Positions 28,072 through 44,999 of a stretch of 64,000 bases of DNA are shown here, piece by piece. The DNA comes from the human T2T-CHM13v2.0 reference genome, Homo sapiens, in assembly GCF_009914755.1 (NCBI RefSeq), contig NC_060935.1; one strand, 5' to 3'. Positions within the stretch are counted from its first letter, which is position 1; each line of letters starts with the position of its first letter. The notes under the pieces are model-generated. The model made no database searches and had not been told where the DNA came from. It saw only the letters and a list, made by a program, of their open reading frames with translations. Both the position numbers and the translations under genes were made by a program.

Positions 28072-28806
28072 TGAAACCGCCTTTGCAAAAATTTTAACTG
28101 AGAAATTTATGACAGTGAAAGAGATCTGACCTAACTGACTCCATCTTGCTTCTAACCTCCAAGCTGTCCGTGTTCATTCCTGGGCACAGGCCGAACTAAC
28201 TTTGGGAGGAAGTCAGTTTATAGTTTAACTTTGAAATAAAGATGATAACAGCCCTTTCCCAAAACAAACCCCCTTCCTGCCTGGGAACTAGACTGCCTTT
28301 GCAGGACTAACAAATTTGCCACAAGATTAGAAATTGTGGTTTAGGAGTCATGCAGCTGGAGGCTGTAAGATTCTGAACCTTCCCAAATTGCATCCTGGGG
28401 CTAACATCACTATTGTAAAGCCTAAGATCAGTGTTTGAGATATTTTGCAGACCCTGCCCTCAAAGGATGAGCTGGTACCACCCAGATTGATAAACTGGCT
28501 CATCCAGTCATGTGGCCCCTACCCAGGAACTGACTCAGTGCAAGAGGACAGCTTCAACTCCCTATGACTTCATATCCCACCTGACCAATCAGCACTCCCC
28601 ACTTCCCGACACCCTACTCGGCAAATTATCATTAAGAACCCCAATCCTCGAGTTTTCAGGGAGACAGCTTTGAGTAATAATAAAACTCTGGTCTCCCACA
28701 CAGCTGACTCTGTGTGAATTAAACTCTTTCTCTATTGCAATTTCCCTGTCTTGATAAATTGGCTCTGTCTAGGCAGCAGGCAAGGAGAACCCAATAGGCA
28801 GTTACA
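28072..28806 (+). mobile_element. Solo ERV1 LTR, LTR8 family
   Basis: Starts TGAAACCGCCTTTGCAAAA, ends ggcagttaCA; 4-bp TSD gtca at 28068-28071 and 28807-28810; 735 bp. Confidence 0.85.
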
Positions 28807-28828
28807 GTCACATCTTGGTGTGTCCCCT

Positions 28829-28830
<2 letters not shown>

Positions 28831-28865
<35 letters not shown>
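28831..28865. repeat. (TG)17 microsatellite; (CT)n follows at ~28970-29003
   Basis: Read directly. Confidence 0.95.
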
Positions 28866-28868
<3 letters not shown>

Positions 28869-28969
28869 GTACAGAGTGAGTTGCTTCTAACATAATAGGA
28901 CTAAAGTGATGGGGTGTCACTTCTGAGATTAGGCTATAAAGGACTATGACTTTCATCTTCCTTGCATCT

Positions 28970-29003
<34 letters not shown>

Positions 29004-29911
29004 CCTGCTAGCTAGGGAGTCAAGGGGGGGTACCCAGGACACAGAATTGAAGAAGACACTCCTTCTCTGGCCCATGCAAGTGCAGGGTCAGCACCTGAGA
29101 GTGAGTGTCTCTTCAAATGCTGTGCCCCGAGTGCCTTGCCTGCCTCACCTTCCTTCTAGCCAGCTCCCAGGGCAGACCTGACCTGCACCCCTATCCCAGC
29201 CTTGACAATCTCTGAACAGGTCCTGGCCAAGCATGGTGATCAGATTTCCTACCTCCTCCAGCTTGATTTCTGGGCCAGATGTCAGAGATAGAGGGCACCC
29301 GGATCTCTGAGAACCAGCTCTTCTGTGCCAGGCTTCCTGGCACCGAAAAACCAAATATATTTCAATCCCTCTGTCCTCATGTCTCCATGATGGATACTGG
29401 TCTTTTGTATAGTAAGCAGGTCCTTCTCCTTTCATACCAATAGACAATGACAGAGGTAGTCCGAGTCGAAGCCCACCGCACTTCCCACCAGCTTGCTCCC
29501 AAGCGCCAAAAACAGAAAAAAGCACTGTGCATGAGCTGCTTTCCCGTGCCCTCTCAGTATGGCGTAGTATATGAGCATGGCAACGTTTACCAGGAGGGGA
29601 TTTTAGAATGCCTCCGAATCTTCCAAGCACTATGTATTTTAATGTGTATGATGACAGCTATCATTTGAGGGATGCTAGGCACTATGCTAAGTGCTTTACT
29701 TGTGGTTTTTGGTTTGATTGCCTCAAAGACCTTAGGAGGTAGGTCTCATTTTTAAGGTCTTAATAGGTTTATTAACCTATTAAGTTAATAGGTTAATAGA
29801 AACTCAAGTCTTAATAGGTTTATTAACTTGTGTGAGATCACGGTTAATACACCGTGGCCCTGGGACTTGAATTCAGTCTAGCTGGGCTCTAAGCCTGTGT
29901 GCCCAGCACTA

Positions 29912-30322
<411 letters not shown>

Positions 30323-31729
30323 TCACTCCCATGAAAGTTTAACTAAACATGAGAAGTTAAGTAAACATACAAATAAAACTTGCCTTCTACCTCTTTAACA
30401 TGTCCCTTCCCGAGAAGCCCACCTAGACCAAATCACAGGCAGGAGGCCGCTATGGGGGTGGCAAATGGCATTCTGTTCTGGAAGGGCAACCACAAACTTT
30501 AGAGCCAAGAAGCCCTGGCTTGGAAGCCCAGTTCCACCCCTTTGTAGCTGAGTGGGTGATTCTGTCTCTGAGCCTCATTCATAATCTGTAAAATGGGGAA
30601 AGCAATGTTCACTTTTTAGGGTGCTTAATTCACTCATTAAATGAATACATTTAAATATATATAATATATACTGATATAATTGAATATATTATATATATAA
30701 ATAATAATCCTGTGCCCTGAGAGCCACCATGTCAGCCTAGGTTTCCTGCTCTTTGAAATTTCCAAACATTGGCTGGAATCTCATCTTGGCCTCTGCAAGG
30801 AACAAGATCTATTTAGAGATTTGTTACAGATTTCAATTGTGTCACTTTCCTTTTTAAGGCAAAGCGGCTACAGTGGGCCATGGTTTTAAATACTATTTTC
30901 TTCTTCTCTGTTATATGCATAAGGCTCCAAGAACTGTGTCAGGTGCATGCGGTTACTTTGAGGACCAAGAGGACAAAGGAGGGGGAGGAAGGAGCAGTCC
31001 TCCTTAAAGAGGAGGCTGGACCCCTCCTGGGCTTTCCCATAAAAAAGTTCTGGGAGCAGTAGATCCATTCTGAGATTTTCAGGTATAAGAAACAGAAAAT
31101 TGCCGGGCGCAGTGGCACCCACCTGTAATCCTAGCTATTCAGGAGGCTGAGGTGGGAGGATTGCTTGAGCCCATGAGTTTGAGCCTATAGTGAGCTATGA
31201 TCATACCACTGCACTCCAGTCTGGGTGACACAGTGAGATGAAAGAAAGGAAGGAAGGAAGGGAGGAAGGGAAAGAAAATCCAACTTGAATGCCTTAAACA
31301 ACCAAAACAATGTATTGGTTTACAAAATCTAAAGTTTAGAGGTAACGTGGGCTTCTGGCACGGGCTGTTGAGAGCTCCCAGTGTTTTGGGGGCTGCAACT
31401 CTGCTTGTCTGAAAGTTTCTCACCTCTGCCTCCCAGTCAGCTTTTTCTAAACCAGCCTTTCCTTGAGGTAGCACAAGGCAGCTGACAGCGTCCAGGGCTC
31501 AGCGCTTCCTCACTCATGTCTGGGGGATCAGTGTGGTTGTATGCCCACCCCTAAAACAATCGCAGTGGCCAAGGGAATGCCAAGGGGGAAGGGATTATGT
31601 TGATGGGTTTAGGCCAATTGGAACTGACCCCTGAAACTAAGAGTTGGTTTGATCCTAGACTTAAACCACAATAGGATGGGGGAACCTGCAATGGCAACTG
31701 CAGATATTCACCCCAAAGACCCTTCTTCA

Positions 31730-31890
31730 GTGTGGGTGTGGGTGTGGGTGTATTGTGTTGTGTCAGTGTGTATGTGTGATGTGTCAGTGTGTGAGGTGTG
31801 TGTTTGTGGGTATGAGAGTGTATTGTACACATGATGTGACTGTGTAAGCATGTATGTTGTGATTGTGCATATAAGTGTGTGTGTATGTTT
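31730..31890. repeat. Degenerate TG-rich tract
   Basis: Read directly. Confidence 0.85.
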
Positions 31891-31939
31891 GTATTAGTTG
31901 AGAAGACCGTATGCTGGACTAAGTGTGCCTTGCATTATT

Positions 31940-32160
31940 TTTTAAAATTTTATTTTATTTTATTTTTATTTCAATAGTTTTTGGGGTATAGGCGGTTTTT
32001 GGTTACATGGATAAGTCCATCAGTGGTGATTTCTGACATTGTATTGCACCCGTCACCCCAGCAATGTACACTGTACCCAATATGTAGTCTTTTATCCCTA
32101 CTCCCCTCCCAACCTTCCCCCCACCCCCACCAGTCCCCATTGTCCATTATATAATTCTTG
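31940..32160 (-). mobile_element. L1PB 3' end fragment
   Basis: tcaatagtttttgggg..gtacactgtacccaatatgtagtctttt is the reverse of the 43.2-kb L1PB. Confidence 0.85.
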
Positions 32161-33569
32161 TTGGGGCCTTCCATTCTGACTCTGCTGCTACCACCTTGCT
32201 GGCCCCCAAGGGTCTCCCCCATCCCCCAACCCTCGCCCCCGTTTATGAGCAAAATCCCTTTTCCCCTAAGCATAGATGATAGGGTGGAAATTTTAACAAC
32301 TTTCCTAACGAAAAAGGAGAAGAGAAAGGAAATCCATTCAGAGAGCATAAGAAACCTAGAAAATCATTTCTGACAATGTATGTCCCTGAACCAATTATGA
32401 CCTCCTATTTCCCCCACTCAGCTGTCTCAGAGCCTTCCCAGCTCCCTGCCTGGCGCTAACTGCTGGAGGCCACCCTAGGACGTTTGTCCCCTAGCAGCCA
32501 AGGCCAAAAATCTCATTTGCACATTTGTACTCACCATTCCACCTCAGGGCCCTCCGTCACCCCCACCCCCGTCCTCTGTCCTCTCCTCCCGCCTCCTTGG
32601 AGAAACTTAGTGACATTTCCAACAAGGGCCCCACGGTAAGAAAGACGGCTTCCTTATACTCTGTGGTGAGGATCGGCACATGTAAACACAAATAGGAACG
32701 TTGCCTCAAGCGCTCCATCAGCGCACTCTAGAGTCCTACAAAGGATTAGACAAAACAAGGTCATCCCCCCGAGTCCCAGCCCAGTGCCTGGCCGCCCACC
32801 CCTTGCTCCGCCCAGGGCCTGCTCCCTCCGGCGATCCCAGTCCAGTGCAGCCCTCTGCTGCCCTCTGCTGGGCCCTTGCCTACACAGCCCCGGGGCTCAC
32901 CAGCCACCAAGAACACCGGGGGCTCTTGGCCAACCTTTTCATGTTCCTCTGTGATCTGGAGGCTGGAACAGGTTCACCAATACTTTCACCCACCCATCAC
33001 TTCTCAGTGTGCTGGAACCTGTGAACGGTTTCCTAGTCGTTCAGAGTCTCATGTCCTCGATTTTTTTTTAAAGCAAAACAGAGGTTATAATCCCTACCTC
33101 ACAGGACCAGGGTGAAGATTAAAAGGGCTTATTCATTCATTTATGAGTCATATGTTTATTGCACCTCTACTATTTGCTAGGCACTGGGTTGGTACTAAGG
33201 ATACAAAAAGAAACTATCCTTGCCCAAATGGCGCTCACTGTTCTGTATACACAAATACACAGTTGTGAATCATGATAAAGGAACTCAGTAAGATGCTGGG
33301 ATAGACTAAGACAAGGGGAAGCTTCAGGGAAGATAAGGAGGCAACTTAAGCATGAACACGAGTCACATCCAAGGGATAAGGGGTTTGGGGTGGGTATTCC
33401 AGGGAGAGGCACAAGAAGGCTGTCGTGAAGGTCCCAGAAAAGGTGATAGAGGTAGGGAGTAGCTATAGCTGGAGGTTAGCCAGAGGGGGCAGGGCCTCGA
33501 TGAGAATGGAAAGGGATTTGGACTCTATTCTAAGTGCTGTGGGAGCCATGGAAGGGTTGAGAAGTGGGG

Positions 33570-34180
<611 letters not shown>

Positions 34181-35239
34181 GAAGTGGGATTTGGAGATCA
34201 TGCCCTCCAGCTCTCCGTACCACACCAGCTCACCAGTGTCCTGCAGACTTCTTCACCTCCACCCATCTCGAAATGCTGATGCTCCTCTGGGCCTGGTCCT
34301 GGGCCCTCTTTTCTTCTCTCTCCACACTCTACTTCTCCTCCATCATCTCCTGCATTCCTGTGATTTTGAATAACATTCCTATTTGGATTGGTGTCTCCAC
34401 CTAGACCCCTCCTTCTGGCTCCAGATCCACACATATCAAAGAACCACCTGCCCACTCTCAGCTTTTGGATTTCCCAGATCTGTCAAACTTAGTGTCTCAA
34501 CCCTGATTTAATCCTGGCTCTGTCACTCCCAAACCTGCCTTCCCCATCTCAGCAAATGTATCACTTGCTCACTTGCTGAGACTTTATAATATAGATAAGC
34601 CCAAATATTTACACATTTACGCACACACACACGTTTTTTTGTGGAGACAAGGTCTTGCTAAGTTGTCCAGGCTGTTCTCAAACTCCTCAGCTCAGATCAT
34701 CCTCCTGCCTCTGCCTCCCAGAGTGCTAGGATTGTGGGTGTGACCCACTGCATCCAGCCGATGATATTTTTTAAAGTTCCACATCTGTCCCCTCCACCTC
34801 CACATAACAGCCAGAGTGACGATGTCATCCTCTGGGAAATTGGAGTATGTCAGTTTCCTACTTCAAATTCATTAACTGCTTCCCTTTGTGCTTAGGACAA
34901 AACCAAGCTCCTTACCATGGTCTACGAAGTCCTACAAAATCTGGCCTAGCTTCCCCATCCCATTTCACATCCTTCTCTCCCTCGTTTAATGTGCTCACCA
35001 CTGGCCTTTTTTTCGTTTAACCTCCTGTATGCATGCCAAGCTGTTTTCTTCCTCCAGCTCTTGTACATGCAGCTTCCTCTACCTGGAATGCTCCTGCCTC
35101 ATCTCTGTGAAGCTGGTTACTTCCTACTCTTCAAACGTCAGCCTACCTGTCACCTAGTCAACAAGATCTTCTCCATTTGCCCCATCCAAAGTATGTCCAC
35201 TTCCAGGTCTACCCTGATATCAAAACATATTTTGAAACT

Positions 35240-37250
<2,011 letters not shown>

Positions 37251-37292
37251 ATATTATTTTTTGGCTTGAATTTTTTAAAAACCTGGTGCTCA

Positions 37293-37940
37293 ATTGTTCA
37301 GTATCAATTTATTGCCTCTCAGCTCATGGAATGAGCCTTTCAATGTATGCTCTGCCCTAGGCAACAGATTTCCTCTAAGTGTCTCTCCCTTAAAGTGGGC
37401 ACGATGTTATGCTTTCTCAGTTGGAGGCTGGAGGGATGTTGCAGGAGGAAAAGGCCTTCCTGCCATTTTGCCAAGGTCGAGGGTTGGTGGGGTGAGCATG
37501 AGGATGCATGGTGTCTTTGCCCCAGTCAGGCACTCAGAGCACTATGTCTCTGCAACCCTGCAGCTCGACCTACCCACAACCTTTCCAGAGCCCTCTCGGC
37601 AAAAACCAGAGCCCCTGTGAAGCCCCTGTGTGGCTCACATGCTCTGAAGGCCTCCTGCCCAAACCAGTGCCCTGACCACCCAGGCCACCACATGCTGATG
37701 GCCTGCACATCTTCCTGCATTCTAGGGGTGGCCAACTGCTTGTCCAGCAACTCCAGCCAGCTCTAGCCTGACCTAGCCAGACACTGCTCTTGGTGGCTAA
37801 AGCACACCTTCTCCAGTGAGATCCAAATTACTCCCAAGGTTGGCTTCTTTCGGTGCCCTGCCTCAGCCCTAGGGTACCGAGCAGAGTTTCTTTACATAGT
37901 TTAGTAATCCTTTCAGCGCAGTTAATAATTCCTTATATTA
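37293..37940. mobile_element. Old ERVL LTR (LTR33-like)
   Basis: tgttcagtatcaatttattgcctctcagctc start; tgccctgcctcagccctaggg near the end. Confidence 0.5.
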
Positions 37941-38241
37941 TCCTTAGCCAACTAGCACAGGAATAAAAAAAACAAATATCCCATGTTCTCACTTATAAGT
38001 AGGAGCTAAATGATGAGAACACATGGGCACAAAGAAGGGACCAACACACACTGGTGCCTACTTGAGGGTTGAGGGTGGGAGGAGGGAGAGGAGCAGAAAA
38101 GTATTGGGTACTAGGCTTAGTACCTAGGTGACGAAATAAGTGTACAACAAACTCCTGTAACACGAGTTTACCTATGTAACAAATCTGCACAGGTACCCAT
38201 GAACCTAAAAGTTAAAATTAAAAAAACAAAAAAATAAAAAA
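37941..38241 (+). mobile_element. L1PA (old, ~L1PA15/16) 3' end
   Basis: catgttctcacttataagtaggagctaaatgatgagaacacatgg..gagtttacctatgtaacaaa, then A-rich tail. Confidence 0.88.
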
Positions 38242-38446
38242 ACCTTTCCCTGTTTGACCTACCATGTGCCTCCATTTCTTTATCTGTAAAATGCGGACTA
38301 TAACAGTACCCACATCACAGGACTCTTGTGAGGATTAAATTAGTTAATATATATATAAAGCATTTAGAAGAGTTCCTGACACATCATAAGTACTGTATAA
38401 ATGATGTTGTGTGAGGAAAGGCCAAGGGGAATAAAAACAGTCTAGA

Positions 38447-38799
<353 letters not shown>

Positions 38800-38883
38800 T
38801 CATGTACAAGACCCTTTTACAGAAAACTAACAGAAGTGGAGGCTTGGCTCTTCATAAAGAATCGGAAATGGTTTGAGCTGCCC

Positions 38884-39002
38884 TAGAGTGACCAAACATT
38901 CCCAGTGTGCCCAGGACTGTCCCGGTATTAAAACTGAAAGTGCCATCTCGGAAAACTGCTAGGACCCAGGCAGATGGGGCCAACAGATGGTTGGTCACTC
39001 TA
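38884..39002. mobile_element. MER94/MER81-like hAT-Blackjack MITE
   Basis: Perfect terminal inverted repeats tagagtgacca / tggtcactcta. Confidence 0.8.
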
Positions 39003-39446
39003 GCTGTCCCCCAGCAAGATGTCCTTCATGAAGCAGAGAGTACCTGTAGCTGATGGATCTGAGCAGAAGCTGAGGAATCGTGGTTCAGGGTTGGTAGAGC
39101 AGCTTTCCCTGCATGAGGAAGGAACTGGGACTGGATAAGATTTAATCCAGATAAAGCGCATTTTTATGGAAACAACTTGGATCTGTAGAGAGAAAAAACC
39201 CCACTTCAAATTCTGTCTCTGCCACTTACTAGCTTTGTGATCTTGGATAACTTAACTTTCTGAGCTTCAGTTCCTTGATCCATAAAATAGGAATAATCAT
39301 TCCCAACTTGTAAGGCTATTGTATGGATTAGACATAATGTATGGGGGGTGACTTGCACAGTGCCTGGCGCAATGTAAGCATCCAAGAAGTTATAACTTCT
39401 CCCTCCAAGGTCCAACTCTAGGATTCTAATCGCCAGGTTCTCTAAG

Positions 39447-39618
39447 CCGTGGTTCTCAAACCAGCAGCATGGGCAGCACCTGGGTACTCATTAGAAGTGC
39501 AAATTATCCACTCCACCCCATACCTACTGAATCAGAAACTGTGAGCGGGGCCCAGAAATCTCAGTTTGAGTCGGCTCTCCAGGTGATCCTTGTTACCCAA
39601 ACATTTGAGAAGCACTGC
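39447..39618. mobile_element. MER5 (hAT-Charlie) MITE
   Basis: gtggttctcaaa..cctactgaatcagaaact..tttgagaagcactg. Confidence 0.85.
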
Positions 39619-40434
39619 CTGAAGGGACTGTCCTATCGCTGAAATCAAAAACATGGGAAGTCTCTCCAAAACTTGAAAAGCTCTCCCTTTATTCCACTGT
39701 AAAATAAAGTTATTTTAAAATGCTATTACCACTGGAACATAATTTTTTCAAATAAAACAAAAGGAATTAAAAATAGTGCTGATCCCAATGCCTTTTTTTC
39801 CTTTTTTAAATTGCCTTTGTAAATAGGCCTCACATGCGCCAGCTGTCTGCACTCTGGCGTAGATAAGTCAGTATGACCTGGCTTTGCCACATCCTCAGAT
39901 CAACAGCACTGATAAGTTGACTAAGTTTGGTTACGCTGTGTTAGCCACTAATGTGGCCAACCATAAACTACACAGTCAAATTTATTTTCCACACTAACTG
40001 AGGGAGCAAGTGGGTAGGACATTTGGGAAAGAATTTCTTAAATGGTTTAGCATACTTCTTTAGGCATAAAAGCACCCCAGGGGTAAGTAAAAAGAATTCT
40101 CATTGGAGTGCAGGTTAATTTTTTTCTCTGCCCTGACAGGTCCCAGAACACAGTATGTTTATAACACACATAAAGATAGAGAAAGAGGAAAATAATATTT
40201 TAAAACAGTTCTAAACCCATTTTATAAAGATCTTTTAATATACAAAATCCAAGATCATTCGGTCAAAATGACCCATCTATTTTTTAATTTGAAATATTTC
40301 TTACAACTTTTAGGAATGAATGTGAAGAATAATCTCTTCAAGGTCCTGAAAATATCTTCAAAATATTTACTTAACACTGAGGCATAAAGTTTCATCTACA
40401 CAAAGCAGTAACGTGCAAAGTCTGTGTGTACATT

Positions 40435-40969
40435 TGTAGGGTAAATGCACCTGTAGCAATAACTTAAGCATACCTTAGAATGACTTTGTATGGTAGATAC
40501 ACCTGAAATGTGTGTGTTTCCGAGCTAGGCAATCCGTGTGTGACCAACCTGGAGAGTCTTTCCTTGTCAATGAGGAACATCTGAGCCCCTGGCCCAACCA
40601 GTGGAACACAGGCTGCACGGGAGATTGAGGCCCTGAGTTCTGTGTTAAATGAAGGTTGCCAGATGGAGGTTGTTAGCAGGAAAGTGTTAAGTGAAAATGC
40701 TGTATAAACTGCATGCTGTTTGCAAGCAGTTGTGGTTTTCCTGCCCAGCCCGCTGCCTCCACTAGGTCATGTGGTTATGCGGTCCATCCCGCCGCTGGAC
40801 CGCTTCTGTAGGTGAGGCGGGTCTCCTGCCCAGCCCACCGCCACTAGACTCTCTCCCCTGTATGTGAGCCCCTAATAAAACCTCATGTCTCCTTTGCTGG
40901 CTCTGGGTCTCTTCTTTGGCCTCTTGAACCTGGTGCTTTCCCTATTGAGGTTAATAGGGGTTCCACACA
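40435..40969 (+). mobile_element. Solo ERVL-type LTR (LTR47-like)
   Basis: TG...CA termini; 5-bp TSD acatt at 40430-40434 and 40970-40974; AATAAA at 40874; aaatgcacctg..agcaataacttaagcatac start; family name from recall. Confidence 0.7.
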
Positions 40970-42530
40970 ACATTTGCTTTTAGAAACAAAGTTCTTTACT
41001 ATGTTTCCATTTTTTTATACACAAGAAAACTCAAAATTTATGTAATGAGCATTTCCAGCATCCTTACCCTGGGAGAGGGGGTGTTTGGAAAGTATCTCTT
41101 CAAGAAGGACAGAGGCAGAGGGAAGACAAGACTACATACACAACAATGTATTTTAAAGAGAAAAGGATAAATATCCTGTGATATACTGTTCTCCGAAGCT
41201 GAATATAGTTCAATGCCAAGCTATCTTTGGAGATGATAAGAAAAATATAAAGGCGAGAGTCCCTTGTGGAAGGATGATAACAAGGAAGACTTCCTGGAGA
41301 TGGAACACACAACGGATGTCAGATAATCAGTAAATTTTAATGTTATGACTTGTGCTCTTGTTGCTAGCCTTAAAGAGTGTTCTTGTCAAGATTTTGCTCA
41401 TGATACCCTTTCTGCATAAAACATCCTTCCCACAATTCTGCTTATTCAAATCCTACCCATCTTTCAAGGCCTACCTGAAGTTCTATCTTCTTTCCTTCCT
41501 TCCTTCAATAAGGATCAATAATAAAGTCCTTCAGGAGGGAGGGGCTGGGTGTAATGGCTCACACCTGTAATCCCAGCACTTTGGGAGGCCAAGGCAAGAG
41601 TTTTTCTTGAAATCAGGAGTTCGAGGCCAGCCAGGGCAACATAGTAAGACCCTGTCTCTACCAAATATGTATATATATATATACACACAAGAAGGGAGAG
41701 ATCATGTGCTTCTTGTCATTGGGGACAAGAAAGAGAGGACGAGAAGAGTTGGAGAGTCTGTGTTCCACCTGAAGTGAGAAAACTCCAAGGGATAGTGACT
41801 GCTTCCAAAGCAGTGACTGCATCTAAAGCAATGACACATACACATTGACCTAACACCTGACACCCCGTCTTATTTTCTACACCAATCCTCAGAGACAAAT
41901 ATGACTACCCCACCCCAACCTCACTCCCACCCTTGTCGTCTACACTATTGACAGATTACTGTGCCCCTGTTATAGGGTTGTTCTGAGGATTAAATGAGTT
42001 TCTGTATGTAAAATTCTGACACAAGTAAATATTCAATACCTGTTAGGTGTATTAAGTGTAGATGTTAACTTTCTGTTTAATTACTACTAGGGGAAGTAAA
42101 ATCAATCAAAAAAGTAATTTGCTCAGGCATCCCAAAGATATGACATACTTAGGGATAATTTCCATGCTAATCTCTTGCCTTGGGGATTCACAGACCAAGT
42201 AGACAATGTTAAACACCAAACCCATCTGAGATACAGACCTGTGGTTATAAGTGCTTAGGAGAGACTATTCCCCCATTGCACCATCTATACCTTTTACACC
42301 CAGAACATCTGTGTTGGTGGGATTTTTTTTTAGTACCCCCACTTTTACTTAGGGTGTAATCTTTTAAGGGTTCCAATGTGGGCCCAAAGCCTCTAATCCT
42401 GTTTCTGTGTGAACATTAAGACACAATTCACTGGAATATATCAGCCACCACTACCTGGGTAGTCTTAGCATGGGCTTAAATGCCTGTTCTTCAGATTATT
42501 AGATAGCTCAGCTATTCATTTATGAGGACA

Positions 42531-42535
<5 letters not shown>

Positions 42536-42580
<45 letters not shown>
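42536..42580. repeat. (TG)22 microsatellite
   Basis: Uninterrupted TG run. Confidence 0.97.
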
Positions 42581-42586
<6 letters not shown>

Positions 42587-42968
42587 ACCTGCAAATCTAG
42601 GTGTTTTTAGCAGGAGGGTTTTCTGGTTATTCAAATCTGCCAGAACTAAGATTTCTATCAGAGTGTTTTACTGACAGTCAAATTAGGTGTGTTGACCTTT
42701 ATTCCCAGTTCTTACCTAAAGGAGCATTTTATGTAATTTTAAATTCCTGAAACTATAGTGATGTTTTGGAGATGAATATTTATTGAAACCCCAGAGGAAA
42801 CTATGACACAGAGTATTCTAAGACAACTGCCCAGGCAACTGTAATGATAAATTATAACCCTAAAACTTTTGCCTAATGATGATTTATCCTAATATTTCAT
42901 AAACAAGCCTTATTTTAATAATTAATGGGGAAAAGTATAATTTAAAAATTCAGCTGCAACAACAGGGG

Positions 42969-43338
42969 ATACTCAGCCATAAAAAGGAATGAAATAATGG
43001 CATTCACAGCAACGTGGATGGAGTTAGAGACCATTATTCTAAGTGAAGTAACTCAGGAATGGAAAACCAAATGTCATATGTTCTCACTTATAAGTGGGAG
43101 CTAAGCTATGAGGACACAAAGGCCTAAGAATGATATGATGGGCTTTGGGGACTCGGGGGTGGGAGTAGGGTGGAGGGGTGAGAGACAAAAGACTACACAT
43201 TGGGTACAGTGTACACTGCTTGGGTGACAGTTGCACCAAAATCTCCAGAATCAACACTAAAAAATTTATCCACATAACAAAAAACACCTGTTCCCCCAAA
43301 ACTATTGAACTTTTTTTAAAAAGGAAAATAATAAAAAT
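42969..43338 (+). mobile_element. L1PB 3' end
   Basis: atactcagccataaaaaggaatgaaataatggc..aaaagactacacattgggtacagtgtacac; TSD aattcagctgca on both sides. Confidence 0.88.
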
Positions 43339-43375
43339 AATTCAGCTGCAGAGATGTGTCCTGCTGATAGGCCTC

Positions 43376-43769
43376 TGCTACAGGCCGTACTGTGTTCCCC
43401 TCAAAATTCATTTATGGAAGTCCTAACTCCCAGTACCTCAGAATGTGACTATATTTAGAGACAGGATCTTTAGAGAGGTCATTAAATTAAAATAAAGTCA
43501 TTAGGGTGAGCCCTAATTCAATGACTGAAGTTTTTATAGGAAGAGGAGATTAGGATTTAAACTCAGAGAGAGTGAAGAACATGGGAAGCCACAGAGAGAA
43601 GACGGCCATATACGAGCCAGGGAAAGAGGCCTCAGGAGAAACCAAACCTGCCAATGCCTTGGACTCTCACTTCCAGCCTACAGAATTGTCAGAAAATACA
43701 TTTCTATTGTTTAAGTCATCCAGTCTGTGTACTTTGTTATGGGAGCCCTAGCCCCAGCAAACTAACATA
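43376..43769 (+). mobile_element. MaLR LTR (MLT1A-like)
   Basis: cccagtacctcagaatgtgact and 3' tactttgttatg..gcaaactaacata; near-TSD gcctc/gcttc. Confidence 0.85.
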
Positions 43770-44035
43770 GCTTCGTATTGTTTCTTAATAATTTATACAA
43801 ACTACTTAAAACACTTAAAACACTTCAATTTGTGTCCTGCTATTTAAAAGATATCTAACTTAAGATCTAAAATATTATTTAGGTTGAGCGTGGTGGCTCA
43901 TGCCTGTAATTCCAGCACTTTGGGAGGCAGAGGCTGGAGGATCACCTGAGCCCAGGGAGGTCAAGCCTGCAATGAGTCATGACCACATCACTGCCCTCCA
44001 GCCTGGGTGACAGAGTGAGACCCTGTCTAAAAAAA

Positions 44036-44360
44036 TATATATATATATAATATATTATATATTTATATAATTAATTATATTTATATAATTATATATTTAT
44101 ATAGTATATTATATATTTATATAATTATATATAATATATATTATATATTTATATAATTATATATATTTTATATATTATATATAATATATTTATATATTTA
44201 TATAATATATTTATATATTTATATAATATATATTATATATTATATATAATATATATTATATATTATATAAAATATATTTATATTATATATAAAATATAAT
44301 ATATATTATATATAATATATATATAATATATACACACATAATTATATATAACAAATTATA
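44036..44360. repeat. Expanded (TA)-rich low-complexity tract after an Alu tail
   Basis: ~300 bp almost purely A/T, units tatat/ttata. Confidence 0.95.
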
Positions 44361-44394
44361 TGTATATTTAATTTGTTAAGATCAACTTTCTTCA

Positions 44395-44577
<183 letters not shown>

Positions 44578-44999
44578 TTAATTATTAGCATATTTTATCA
44601 ACATATAAAATAACTTACTCTTCAGATTGGCTAAATGTATATATTTACCAACATTACAGACAACTGCAATACCAACAACATAAAACTAAGAATCTTAACA
44701 ATCTATTTAGAACATGTACTCAACAAAACCCACACTGGCCAAATACACTAACTGCTTTGCCTTGATCTGGTGCACTCAGGCCCAACATGGGGCATGGTGT
44801 TTTGTGAATGGACATTATGCAATCATGCCAGTTGAAATAAAATCTTTGAAATTGCTCCAAAACTGGTTCTACAGCTTTAAAACATCTAATTTCATCAGTG
44901 CCTGCTACATTTAGGGAAAAACAAAAGGCTGCTTGTAGCAACCTGGTACCAAGAGTGTAGTTTAAGTCTCAATTGTTGCCAGGCCCCTGATAGGTGATT

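Larger units (their letters stand above)
28027..28970 (+). mobile_element. MLT1F-like LTR fragment split by the LTR8 insertion
   Basis: tgtggtaggcc.. before LTR8; gtgatggggtgtcacttctgagattaggctataaa after it. Confidence 0.65.
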
